Assembly: GCF_001194135.2 (NCBI RefSeq)
Contig: NC_068981.1
Span: 172,130,162-172,163,161 of the forward strand
Source: Octopus bimaculoides
Taxonomy: Eukaryota
Direction: 5' to 3'
Length of the DNA stretch: 33,000 nucleotides
Each line of letters opens with the position of its first letter. Within the stretch, counting starts at the first letter, position 1. The notes beneath the pieces are model-generated. The model did not search any database and was not told the origin of the DNA. It saw only the letters and a program-made list of their open reading frames with translations. This document shows positions 12,050 to 23,049 of this stretch, in pieces. The position numbers and the translations under genes are program-made.

Positions 12050-12300
12050 GACAAATTAGTTGTGATGCAATATGTAGTTACCTCCTTTCACGTTCTCTAG
12101 ACAATCCCGTCGAGAGTTAAGTTTATCTTTCAACATTCCACTCGATTTGATCGATAGTTTCATTCCCATAATACGTGGTCGTATGCTAAAGTTAGTACAC
12201 AATAATCAGCAAGAAAGTTGTGCCATCTATGGCATCATAGTACTTTTCCAATTCAAGCAAGTTTGCTTCATCACCCGTAAAATATAAGGTTCTTTTAGAA
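12050..12300 (-). mobile_element. Very old LINE (RTE-like) endonuclease fragment
   Basis: Broken frames ELEKYYDAID, NETIDQIEW and RRDCLENVK..LHHN loosely follow the APE motifs (EKFYD, NQIDY, SDH). Confidence 0.35.
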
Positions 12301-12439
12301 AATCAAATTTGCTTCCTGTAAAATATAGAATGTTTAAGCCTTTTTTATAACGAAATGAATAGTTTTGTCCTATAATTAAGATACAGCTCACAGATAATTA
12401 AGATAAAGCATACAGATATACATTTTCACCCGCTTCGCA

Positions 12440-12830
12440 ACCTCTTAGTTTCGGGTTCATTCCCACTACGAAGCACCATGGACAAATAATATTATAACCC
12501 CGCGCCGAACAATGCTTTTATTAGTAAATTTTGTAGGCAGAAATTATTTGGAAGCCTCTTATATTTATATGTATGCGTCTGTGTGCGTGCGCGTCTTTGT
12601 ATTTGCTATCACACTGTTTGATAAACCGGTGTTGGTTTGCTTACTTCCCTGTAGCTTAGCGTTTCGGCAAAGGCCGATAGAATATTTCCACACTTTAAGA
12701 AATAGGTATTAGGGTCGATTTGTTTCAGTAAAAATGTATGGCTTAGTCGTCCATAGTCTTCCATCATAGCCGACTGAATCAGGTCATGTGTTCTTGTACC
12801 AACGTAAGAGATGACTGTTATGAAGAATGA
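12440..12830 (+). mobile_element. Old tRNA-derived SINE with CORE-like segment and internal (TA/TG) tract
   Basis: B-box-like gggttcattcccact, then gcaccatggacaa (CORE-like) and the body ccctgtagcttagcgtttcggcaaaggccgatagaat...gggtcgatttg, typical of a recalled abundant octopus SINE. Confidence 0.65.
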
Positions 12831-14069
12831 TAGAATCATTGGATAGATTGACAATATGCCTCAAGTATTTATTTAGTCAGCGTCAACTCTTTATCCTTTC
12901 TGGTCCGATAAAATAAGTACCAGTTAAGTTCTGGAACGATTTAATTAGCTAGCCTCTCCCAAAAGTTAGAAATTTGTAATACCAAGAGCACTACCTACGG
13001 TTGTATAAATGTCAAAGTCTCATACCCTACTACGTAAAACATGGGAATTTTGTGACTAATTAAAAGGTATTAATAATATCTGGAGATATCTTGGGATTAT
13101 TTGATTGAATTTATTTTGCTTTTCATCCCACTGGGTTAGATAGAATAGCTACCAGCAATGGCTTACAGTTAGATCTCGTATTCAGCTTCAAGCCTGTGAC
13201 GTCAATCGTTTTAGTCAACCTAACCACTTGGTTTACGATCTAGTTCAGATCATGAACTGTGAGTGATATTTTGTGTATAGCAGTCCATTCTATGTAAAAC
13301 TAATCAAGGACATGCATCAATGGTTGCATGAATGTTTTATTCAATTATAGAGATTATATTATGGTGATGCCACAACATTATTCTACAGTGAAATAAAATT
13401 ATAACCGATATCTCCGAGTTATGAGTAGATGTAGGATACTGTAATATATGAAATATCTCTGTTGCTGAACACTTACTGCAATACGGTAAAAACTGAATGT
13501 TATAAAGGGTTAAGAAACTGAAGGAAGAAAATTGTATCGACACGAATTTCGAATACAAATACGATAATAAAAAACAGATCGTTAAATGTAAAAAAAAAAA
13601 AGATATTGAAGAAACTGTATAAGCCTATCATTAAGGAACCAAAGAGTAGAAACATATATTGTGACTTTGCATTGAATGCATATTAAGGGGTTTAAAAGTG
13701 AAACATTTTGACATTTACAGCACTATCATCGGATATAATCCAACCACAAATTGATGGGTCCAGCTAATTGGCATGTTTTGTTTCCTTCTGATCCTTCTGT
13801 CACAACCATAGTGGTTTCTGTTCCTCCGAACCACAAGCTACATACCATGTTCACACAGTCTAAATCAATGTTGTCACCGATCAGTAAGCCTTTTGAACTT
13901 CACCAGTCAATAATAACTTACAAAGTTCATAAACGCCTCTTTTTTTCCTTCCAAATAAGTTCATGAAACTTAGAACATTATCGACTGAAATGCCAACCGA
14001 AATTATCATTTCTGACAAAAATACTTGTACAATAATGATTCTAGAATATTCCTCAATATACCAATATAC

Positions 14070-15030
14070 TAGAAGATAACTTCCCTGTCATACATTATTC
14101 CCTCCCTCTCACATCCATGACACCAACCACGCGCTTCGGTTTGTTCAGCTCTTTCTCCTTCCTTCCTGTCCCCTCTAAACTTCTCTTCCTCCTCGACATC
14201 CAGAGCCTTTACACAGTGATCCCTCACCACGAGGGCTGCGTGCACTCCAACATTTCCTTGATCTTTGATCCAACCCCCAACCCGACACATCCACACTCGT
14301 TTGTCTAGGCGAACTTGTCCTCTCACTCAACTGCTTCTCGTTCGTTGGTGATTTTTACCAGGAAATCTCGGAAGTGGCCATGGGAACGAGAATGAGCCCC
14401 AACTATGCGAACCAGTTCGTTGGCTACGTTGAGGCCCAAATATTCTCAACTTTCACTGGTCCCACTCCCGAACTATACGGCCGTTATATTGACGACTGTA
14501 TCGGTGCAACCTCACTCTCCCGTGAACATCTAGACTCCTCCCCTCTTTTGTCAAATCTTTCCATCCTGCCCTCCACTTCTCCTGCACTACCTTTGACACC
14601 TCTGTCTCCTTTCTTGGCATTTCGGTCAGCATTCATCACTCCACTCTTACCACCTCTATCCACTACAAACACACAGACTCACACTCATACCTCAACTTCT
14701 CCTCCTCCCACCCTAAACATGCCAAGCTTTCCATCCACTCTTCCCAATTCCTCTGTCTACGCAGGCTCTGTAGTGACAACCATGACTTTGAGACTCAGTT
14801 TCAACTCATGGCTCGCCACTTCATCCTACGTGGATATCCCCTCACCACTATCCACACCGCCCTTGCCAGAGCACTTCCGTGGACCGTGCATCTGCTCTCT
14901 CCCCCACTACATATTCTTTGCTTTCTCTCTTTGTTTCCTTCTGTGTTCCTTTCTGTAGAAGAGCGTAGGCTCGAAACGTTAAAGACTTTTTCACTTCCCG
15001 AGCGTTAAACTAATACATCTGTTTGTTGTC
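14070..15030 (+). mobile_element. Penelope-like retroelement, 5'-truncated and internally deleted; frameshifted RT; ends in pLTR sequence at the gap
   Basis: RT motifs IHDTNHAL, DIQSLYTVIPH, VAMGTRMSPNYAN and RYIDDC (YIDD at 14485-14496), then a thumb-like LRGYP segment. No GIY-YIG region is seen before the terminal gaagagcgtaggctcgaaacg motif. Confidence 0.85.
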
Positions 15031-15216
15031 NNNNNNNNNNNNNNNNNNNNNNNNNNNNNNNNNNNNNNNNNNNNNNNNNNNNNNNNNNNNNNNNNNNNNN
15101 NNNNNNNNNNNNNNNNNNNNNNNNNNNNNNNNNNNNNNNNNNNNNNNNNNNNNNNNNNNNNNNNNNNNNNNNNNNNNNNNNNNNNNNNNNNNNNNNNNAT
15201 ATATATATATATACAT

Positions 15217-15345
15217 AGATGGGTACAAGACGTCGCCAACTGTAAACAACATGAAGTACGAAAACAAACGAGTTAATACGCATACAACGAGGGAGAAAAA
15301 TGGAAAAAAGAATGACCCTTCATCAGTTGTCAGCTATGATGTATT
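15217..15345 (-). mobile_element. Fragment of an abundant repeat, probably Penelope pLTR-derived, carrying CTGATGA; a second partial copy lies at 15660-15770
   Basis: The two copies share gggtacaRgacgtc.ccaa..gt..aaa.aacatgaa.ta.g.aaacaaacg...acaacgag..aaaaatggaaaa. The minus strand has gacaaCTGATGAaggg. The Penelope link is recalled, not verified. Confidence 0.5.
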
Positions 15346-15599
15346 TCCAAAGTATTTAAGATCTCAATTGATAAAACATCGCACTTTTAAATTAATTATG
15401 TATGCTAATTACGATATTATATAAGTAATGATGTTTTTTTTCTACCGAAACAGCTGTTGAGCATAATTATGAATTATATATGAAATTCATGTTTTCTACT
15501 TATTGGTGTATTTATATGTGCGTATGTGTGAGTATGTGTGTATGTGTCTGTATGTGTCTCTGTGTGTCTCCCCCGATATACATGCATATGTATATGTAT

Positions 15600-15600
<1 letters not shown>

Positions 15601-15653
<53 letters not shown>
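15601..15653. repeat. (TAGA)n microsatellite
   Basis: Direct reading. Confidence 0.97.
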
Positions 15654-15654
<1 letters not shown>

Positions 15655-15891
15655 CATGCATATATGGGTACAGGACGTCACCAATGGTGCAAATAACATG
15701 AAATATGTAAACAAACGTGGGAAAGACGAGTGAAATACGTAAACAACGAGAAAAATGGAAAACAGGACTATATATATGTGTGTGTGAGTGTGTGTGTATT
15801 CTGTAAATAATAATAATTGTATTTTATAATCTTAAAGCTTATAACTGGTCACTGCGCAATGACTAAAAAAAATAGTCTAATAATGGGGCAT

Positions 15892-16066
15892 ATAAGCCCT
15901 CGGCGGAAAAAAGTAGATTTTCCCGTACGCATGGGACTCGAACCCACACCTCTTTGTTTTCGTGACAAGTACTTTTCACATCAATACTTGTCGCGAAAAC
16001 AAAGAGGTGTGCGTTCGAGTCCCACGCGTACGGGAAAACCTACTTTTTTTTTTGTCGAGGGCTTAT
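15892..16066. repeat. 175-bp palindrome (80/82-bp arms, 13-nt spacer) made of two tRNA-like 3' halves
   Basis: Arms 15892-15971 and 15985-16066 are reverse complements at about 90%. Each contains a T-arm/B-box (GTGGG-TTCGAGT-CCCAY). Confidence 0.95.
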
Positions 16067-16579
16067 TGTAAAAATCGACACACACACACACACACACACA
16101 NNNNNNNNNNNNNNNNNNNNNNNNNNNNNNNNNNNNNNNNNNNNNNNNNNNNNNNNNNNNNNNNNNNNNNNNNNNNNNNNNNNNNNNNNNNNNNNNNNNN
16201 NNNNNNNNNNNNNNNNNNNNNNNNNNNNNNNNNNNNNNNNNNNNNNNNNNNNNNNNNNNNNNNNNNNNNNNNNNNNNNNNNNNNNNNNNNNNNNNNNNNN
16301 NNNNNNNNNNNNNNNNNNNNNNNNNNNNNNNNNNNNNNNNNNNNNNNNNNNNNNNNNNNNNNNNNNNNNNNNNNNNNNNNNNNNNNNNNNNNNNNNNNNN
16401 NNNNNNNNNNNNNNNNNNNNNNNNNNNNNNNNNNNNNNNNNNNNNNNNNNNNNNNNNNNNNNNNNNNNNNNNNNNNNNNNNNNNNNNNNNNNNNNNTGTG
16501 TGTGTGTGTGTGTGTGTATGTGTGTATGTGCGTGTGTTCGGGGAGTAACAATAGCATTATTATGACAGCATCAGGAAAG

Positions 16580-16760
16580 GCATTTGAGTTAACGCTTTGC
16601 AGTAATTTCAGTCTTTTTATGTTTTGCGTAATATTCCCGCTGAGATCGATTTTACCTTTCATCCTTTTGTGGTCGATGAAATAAAAATAACAGTCAAGAA
16701 CTGAAATGATTTAATCGACTATAACCTTTTCCCAAAATTTGTGATCTCGTACCCATTGTA
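16580..16760 (+). mobile_element. Old SINE with Meta-domain-like core
   Basis: gagatcgattttacctttcatccttttgtggtcgatgaaata...gatttaatcgact matches the body of the 20990-21386 SINE. Confidence 0.6.
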
Positions 16761-17211
16761 GTTGTAGTAATGGTGGTGGTGGTGGTGGTGGTGTCATTCT
16801 AAATACATTTTGACTCCATTCAGGTTAGATGCAGAAAATATGATTTGATATATATTAACTGTCGTATGTTTGATTTTGTGTTGTTTTGTTTTGCAAGACG
16901 CAAATCTTCGCTGGTTTCCTCTGGCTCTAGGTTTATTCTTATAGAAAATAAGAAATTCCTTCAAAGGAATTGATCACTGAAGGAGAATTCCGGACCTGTA
17001 AAGTGGTTGCAATAGGTTAAAGGGTCGTACTATGACCCGTTACTGATTCTCCATAATTAAAACCGATGTTTTTTCAATGTAGAGCTATAGTCAGATACTC
17101 TATGATGTGTTTAGTTTGTAGAGATGTACAAATTAGTGTTAAATTATCTAACACGCAAAACATTAAAAATAAATTAGAAATATACAGCGAGGAAAGACAT
17201 TATTTTTGTGC

Positions 17212-17592
17212 GGCACTCCATCGGTTACGACGACGAGGGTTCACAGTTGATCCGATCAACGGAACAGCCTGCTCGTGAAATTAACGTGCAAGTGGCTGCG
17301 CACTCCACAGACACGTGTACTCTTAACATAGTTGTCAGGGGGATTCAGCGTGACACAGAGTGTGACGAGGCTGGTCCTTTGAAATACAAGTACAACATAA
17401 CAGAAAGAAAGAGTGAGAGAAATTCGTGGTGAAAGTGTACAGCAGGATTCGCCACCCCCACCCTTTCGGAGCCTCGTGGAGCTTTAGGTGTTTTCGCTCA
17501 ATAAACACTCACAATGCTCGGTCTGGAAATTGAAACCGCCATCTAACAAACGCGAGTCTGGTGCCCTAACCACTGGGCCATTGCGCCTTCAC
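17212..17592 (-). mobile_element. Full-length tRNA-derived SINE (copy A)
   Basis: Minus head gtgaaggcgcaatggcccagtggttaggg (A box) and gtttcaatttcc (B-box-like). Colinear and highly similar to copy C at 17956-18328. Confidence 0.9.
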
Positions 17593-17599
17593 AATAGGA

Positions 17600-17894
17600 G
17601 CACTCCGTCCCAGCTGATACGATCAGCGGAACAGCTTGCTCGTGAAATTAACGTGCAAGAGGCTGAGCACTCCACAGACACGTGTACCCTTAACGTAGTT
17701 CTCAGGGAGATTCAGCGTGACACAGAGTGTGGCAAGGCTGGCCCTTTGAAATACAGGTACCACTCATTTTTGTCAGCTGAGTGGACTGGAGCAATGTGAA
17801 ATAAAGTGTCATGCTAAAGGACACAACACGTCGCGGGGAATTGAACTCACGATCGTGAGCCGAATGTCCTAACCACTAAGCCACGTGCCTTCAC
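17600..17894 (-). mobile_element. tRNA-derived SINE (copy B) with a different head but the same 3' body as copies A and C
   Basis: Head gtgaaggcacgtggcttagtggttagg...gagttcaattccc, then a CORE-like segment. From tgtatttcaaagggcc onward it shares about 170 nt with A and C. Confidence 0.88.
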
Positions 17895-17955
17895 TAAAGA
17901 CATTATTGGTCAATGACTAATATTATTTTCATTTTATCTGTAAATACAAGAAACG

Positions 17956-18328
17956 GTGGAGGCGCAATGGCCCAGTGGTTAGGGCAGCGGACTCGCGGTC
18001 ATAGGATCGCGTTTTCGATTCCCAGACCGGGCGTTGTGAGTGTTTATTGAGCGAAAACACGTAGCTCCGGCAGGGGATGGTGGCGAACCCTGCTGTATTC
18101 TTCCACCACAACTTTCTCTCACTCTTACTTCCTGTTTCTGTTGTACCTGTATTTCAAAGGGCCAGCCTTGTCACACTGTGTCACGCTGAATATCCCCGAG
18201 AACTACGTTAAAGGTACACGTGTCTGTGGAGTGCTCAGCCACTTGCACGTTAATTTCACGAGCAGGCTGTTCCGTTGATCGGATCAATTGAAACCCTCGA
18301 CGTCGTAAGCGACGGAGTGCCAACAACA
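17956..18328 (+). mobile_element. Full-length tRNA-derived SINE (copy C), inverted relative to A and B
   Basis: A box tggcccagtgg, B-box-like tttcgattccc, and 3' end ggagtgccaacaac. Confidence 0.92.
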
Positions 18329-19893
18329 AGAAACGACTCTGGAGATGTTTCGGTCTTATTTTGCTTTCTTCAGCAAAAGATGCCTTAACTTTCACTTTAT
18401 TGCTAAAGTAGATGTTAGCAAAAGAAAATTAAAATATTTAGAAATTATTCAAGAACATCATCCACAAGAAATATATTTACGTTAGTGTTAATATATCTAG
18501 TGTATGTCTTAGTTATGACGTACAATTTTGACGTACTCTCTCTCTTCTTATTTCTTTCTGCCTTGCCTTCTATCTCGAAGTAATTTTACTGAATACGTTA
18601 AAACATTTGTAATTCAAACGTGAAGATATAAATCCTCAGTAGAATTCCATCATCGGTTCCAGTGGTTTGCTAGACAACAATTATCATCATCATGAACTTT
18701 CACCTAAAAATTCAATTTATTTTTCTCTCTCCTCATTATTCAACATCACGCATGTCTCTTTGCACTTTATAAATAACTGTTGACTGTTGTATCAAGAAAC
18801 GAATCATTAATATAATTTTAAAACCTTCTGCAATCCATGTCTTTTAATTAACATACAAGAAAACAATTGATTGAAACAAAATTCCTTGGTATCTAACAAT
18901 ATTTTATTGTAGTTGTTATTTTTCAGAATCTTTATTTTATTTATTATTTTTCATTTTTTACATAATTAACGATATTCAATAAGCAATGTCTCTATCTCTA
19001 TTACTGATGTACAAAATCTTGAATAGTTATCTAAGTCTCAGAATTGAACCAAATTCTGAAACTCTGCAATGGAAATTCAGATATATCAATGATGTTATAA
19101 ATTATCATTAAATTTGAAGATTAAATGTCCGAGTGTGTTTAGTTAGACCCTTTTACATTCCAGATTTATTCACCTTCGGTTTTCATTCGTTATTCATGAC
19201 TGATAAAATAAATATCAGTCAAGTACTAGAATCGATTCAGCATACTATTCCCATCCGCCAGCAGAATCGATAGATTTGCGCCATTGTTACAAATCAAATC
19301 AACAAGGGAGTGGTAGAGTGATAAAGTAGATAGAGCGTTATACAAAATGTTTTTTGGTATTTAGTTGCATTCCTTTACATTCTAATTCCAAATCCTACAG
19401 ATTGACAAAACCACTAACATTTCTCTACTGGATGTCGATATATTCGATAGTTCCTACCTTATGCCTAAGATCCTATATTGAAAGATATGGCAGAAATAGT
19501 ATACATTGCGTGTGGGGTGGCCGACAATCAGACATTTTAAAGTGAATTTCATTTCAATCAGTCATTTTAAAGTGAAAGTTTATTCTTCGGTATCGCATCT
19601 TGCATTAAAGAGAAGAATCTAAATTACATCAGACAAATTATACAAGCCGAGTGAAATATGACCCCGTTTTTCGAGAGAAGTGACAATATTTAAGCAGCTT
19701 TAACATTTGGTTTGTGATCAAAACTGAAGATATTTTGTATCTTTTGCTTTCAAATAATCTGCAATCGTACTTAGAACTATTGATGTGAGCATAAATACTT
19801 TAACATCAGGAAATGCATAGGAATAAGTCATCCTCAAATCGTCAAAGACCTCAAATGAATAAAATTTAATGACAAAGATTAAATTAAATAAAC

Positions 19894-20142
19894 CAGTGGT
19901 TCTTGTGGTCGAGGACGATGGCAGACTTCCTTCGCGACGGCTGTGAAAATTGAAAACGGGCGGAGGAATTGCTATGCTTTAATAAAATCAAGCTGGTTCT
20001 AAGCATTTGAATTTGTGGAAGAAAGAATTATATAGGTGCAAATTCCATTGTGCTCTAATTAATATAGAAGGGGAGATAATAGAATTTGACTAATATTCTT
20101 TTAGGGAGAGAAGGCAAACATTTGTCAGTTTGAGGACCACTG
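19894..20142. mobile_element. hAT-like MITE, 249 bp
   Basis: Termini cagtggttct and ttgaggaccactg (reverse complement cagtggtcctcaa). Putative 8-bp TSD aaataaac and cattaaac (6/8). Confidence 0.6.
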
Positions 20143-20989
20143 CATTAAACGGAAAAGAACCTGACAAAATATTTCGTGCATTTAGTTTCAAATGTTTTCA
20201 TTTTAGGTTCAGATACCGCCGTAGTTCACTTTACTTTCCAAATCAACAAAATAAACGGCAGTCAAGTTCTGGATAATACAAATTATATAATCTCTTTGTG
20301 ACTTAGTGCTAAAATTAGGAATTTTTTTTTTTTCACTCTTTTTATTATTTTTGTTATTAAGCCCAGGTTAAATCTTATCGAGTGTTTCACATCAGGACGG
20401 AAATGACATTTTTCTGTGGAAGTACTAGCTTCGTACAAAATTTTTAAATCATTCTGTATTCAGGTAGAATTTTTAATATACTGAACAATGATAGGTATAG
20501 ATATAATCAAATAATAGAATAAATTATTTATACTATTTAGTTTCAACCTTCTTGATTTTATTAAGATAGCAATTTCTCGTCCCTATTCAATTTTACTCTC
20601 CCCCGCTACAACCCTATTCCCACTGAAACAATAAATAAAATAATAAATAAAACAATATATAAAATCAATAAATATGCCGACTAATATCTGACAAAACTTG
20701 TTCAGGCTTTAAAATTAGGCACACGTGGTGGGTGGATCTTTTGAAAAATTAGGTTTGAAATTTGGAGTAAACTATCGATGAGCCAAACGCTCAACAAAGT
20801 TTCTATTTGAGATCATTGTTGTCATCTCTCTTTAAATATATAATCAACATATCTTTAAATTCGGAGTCCGCAAGCATATCTAAAAAGCAATCATGCGGCG
20901 AGAAACAACGAACAAGATTTACTTACACAGCTAATTCTCTTCTAAAGACACGAGTGTTACAAATTCCCATTGTTTTCCTTTAGAATAAT

Positions 20990-21386
20990 CCTTTCTATAA
21001 CAGGCACAAAGCCTGAAATTTGAGGGAGGAGGATAGTCGATTACATCAACCCCAGTACTCAACAGGTACTTAATTTATCGACCCCGAAAGGATGAAAAGC
21101 AAAGTCGACCTCAGCGGAATTTGAACTCAGAACGTAGCGACGCGCGAAATACCTATTTCTTTACTGCCCACAAGGGGCTAGACACAGAGGGGACAAACAA
21201 GGACAGACAAACGGATTAAATCGATTATATCGACCCCAGTGCGTAACTGGTACTTAATTTATCGACCCCGAAAGGATGAAAGGCAAAGTCGACCTCGGCG
21301 GAATTTGAACTCAGAACGCAGTGGCAGACGAAATACCGCTAAGCATTTCGCCCGGCGTGCTAACGCTTCTGCCAGCTCGCCGCCTT
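20990..21386 (-). mobile_element. Composite SINE: older tRNA-derived Meta-domain-like SINE containing a younger 175-bp headless SINE segment (21154-21328)
   Basis: One head (aaggcggcgagctggcagaa) but two gtcgactttgc.tttcatcctttcggggtcgataaa cores. Outer 13-bp direct repeat cctttagaataat (20977-20989 and 21392-21404); inner 9-bp direct repeat cgaaatacc (21145-21153 and 21329-21337). Confidence 0.9.
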
Positions 21387-21559
21387 TTTTGCCTTTAGAA
21401 TAATGGATGCCCGAGATTAATGCTATCGCACTTTTCACTGATGTCATTGTGGAGACTTAATCAGGTCGGTTTGTGCTGACAATTGACACGTAATTAACTG
21501 GTCAAAAATATGAGTGCACCCCAGGTATTCACACTTCATATAATCTATTCATCGGTGTG

Positions 21560-22020
21560 ACTGAAGACCGCATTGCACTATCTGACTCGCAGTAGGTTGT
21601 TGTACTTGTTGTTGTTAAGCAGCATGTCAGCGCTGATTAATCAGACTTATTACCAAGAGAGTTCCATCTGTGACTATTTCATTTTCTTAGTGCTTTCTGG
21701 GAAGAACTATCATCACCTTTTGAAACAGAATCGCAAATGCAGAAATAATCAAGTGAAACGAATCAAAACTATTGCAAAAAAAATCGGGATGCTGCATTAG
21801 TCTCCCTTAGTAAGTCAGTTTTTATGCCTGTCAGCCACTCGGTATTCAAAGGATGCAATGATGGAAAGCCTGGAAAAATGGAAAACTATAAAGAGGTAAA
21901 CCTAAAGACAGTTGAAGCCGGGCATTGAACTACTTGAACAGGAGCTAAGAAAACAACGTTAGATTGACCACGTTAGTGGATGCTTGTTGCCTTATGCGTT
22001 GAGGATCTAAGACTAAGAAC
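21560..22020 (+). mobile_element. Possible decayed 3' end of an RTE-like LINE
   Basis: Broken frame VFKGCNDGKPGK...WMLVALC resembles the RTE C-terminal pattern (EG..G.R..GRP...WR.LV.ALC). Weak. Confidence 0.3.
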
Positions 22021-23049
22021 TATCTTAATTAAGATGGTAAGGGAGATCTGCAGTGATTTGGTTGTCATTTCTACCATCACAAGTGAACATGTGATTGTTC
22101 CCTCGTTTATCAAATGACATGCAGTGTGGAAACTTGAGCATCTTGCATTTCCTTCGCGTTTTAGTCTGCTCTTGTATGTCTATAGCTTCTGGTGTTGTCT
22201 ACAACCAAGACAAGCGAGGTGAACACTGACGTACTTAGTGCTTATGTTGTTAGCATTGTTATTTTTATTTTTCTACTTCTGAAATCCAAGTCATTTCACG
22301 ACTAAAGAAAAAAAATATAGAAAACAATTTTCTATGGTAATGTTACTGCGTTTACCTTATCTTCCGTTCTTTTATTTTCGTATTCAATATTTTGTATTTT
22401 GTAAAGAATGTTTTTATTTTATTTTCGTGAAAAATATTCAACAATTATAATCACTCTCTTATAGTTCTGAAGTCTAATCCTGTTGAGGATTTACTTTTAT
22501 CTTTCCGGAGTCAAAAACTAAATGTAGAAAGCTAGAGTGTGCTTCATAAGTTGGAGTGATCTTTTTCTTCTTCTTCTTCTTCTTGTAGACACTACTACAA
22601 CAAAGATAGCATTGTTGTAAACAGATGTTAAGCTTCATAATGAAGTATGGAATTATATTTTATTGCCTTTAATGTTTATGAAATTCTTATTTCATGGCAC
22701 ATTTCATACTTCCAATGTTTTCCTCGTCATATTAGAGCAGAAAATATAACTTTGTTATTTACCTTACGTACGCGAACTACTTTTAGTGAAAGAGTCGAAG
22801 AGAAGAAGAGACAGCATCGGCATAATTTTTATTTATCAAAAATGTGACACTTTCCTCATTCATTTCTTCCCAGAAAAGTGCTTTTCTAAAATTCCTTTTT
22901 TTTTTTTTTTTTACTGACTCACAAACTTCTGTCATCAACATTTCAAACAAAACATCGACCACATGGATTTCATCAACCAGGAGATATCTTTTAAAGGCCA
23001 TAGTCTCTGTTTAATATTCTAATTAAATAAATCCACAAACTTTTTTATA

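Noticed and set aside
13700-14020. Protein-like minus-strand frames (YELCKLLLTGEV; DLDCVNMVCSLWFGG)
   Set aside because: Broken by stops and loosely similar to the N-terminal part of a LINE RT. Neither a gene nor an element call is supportable.
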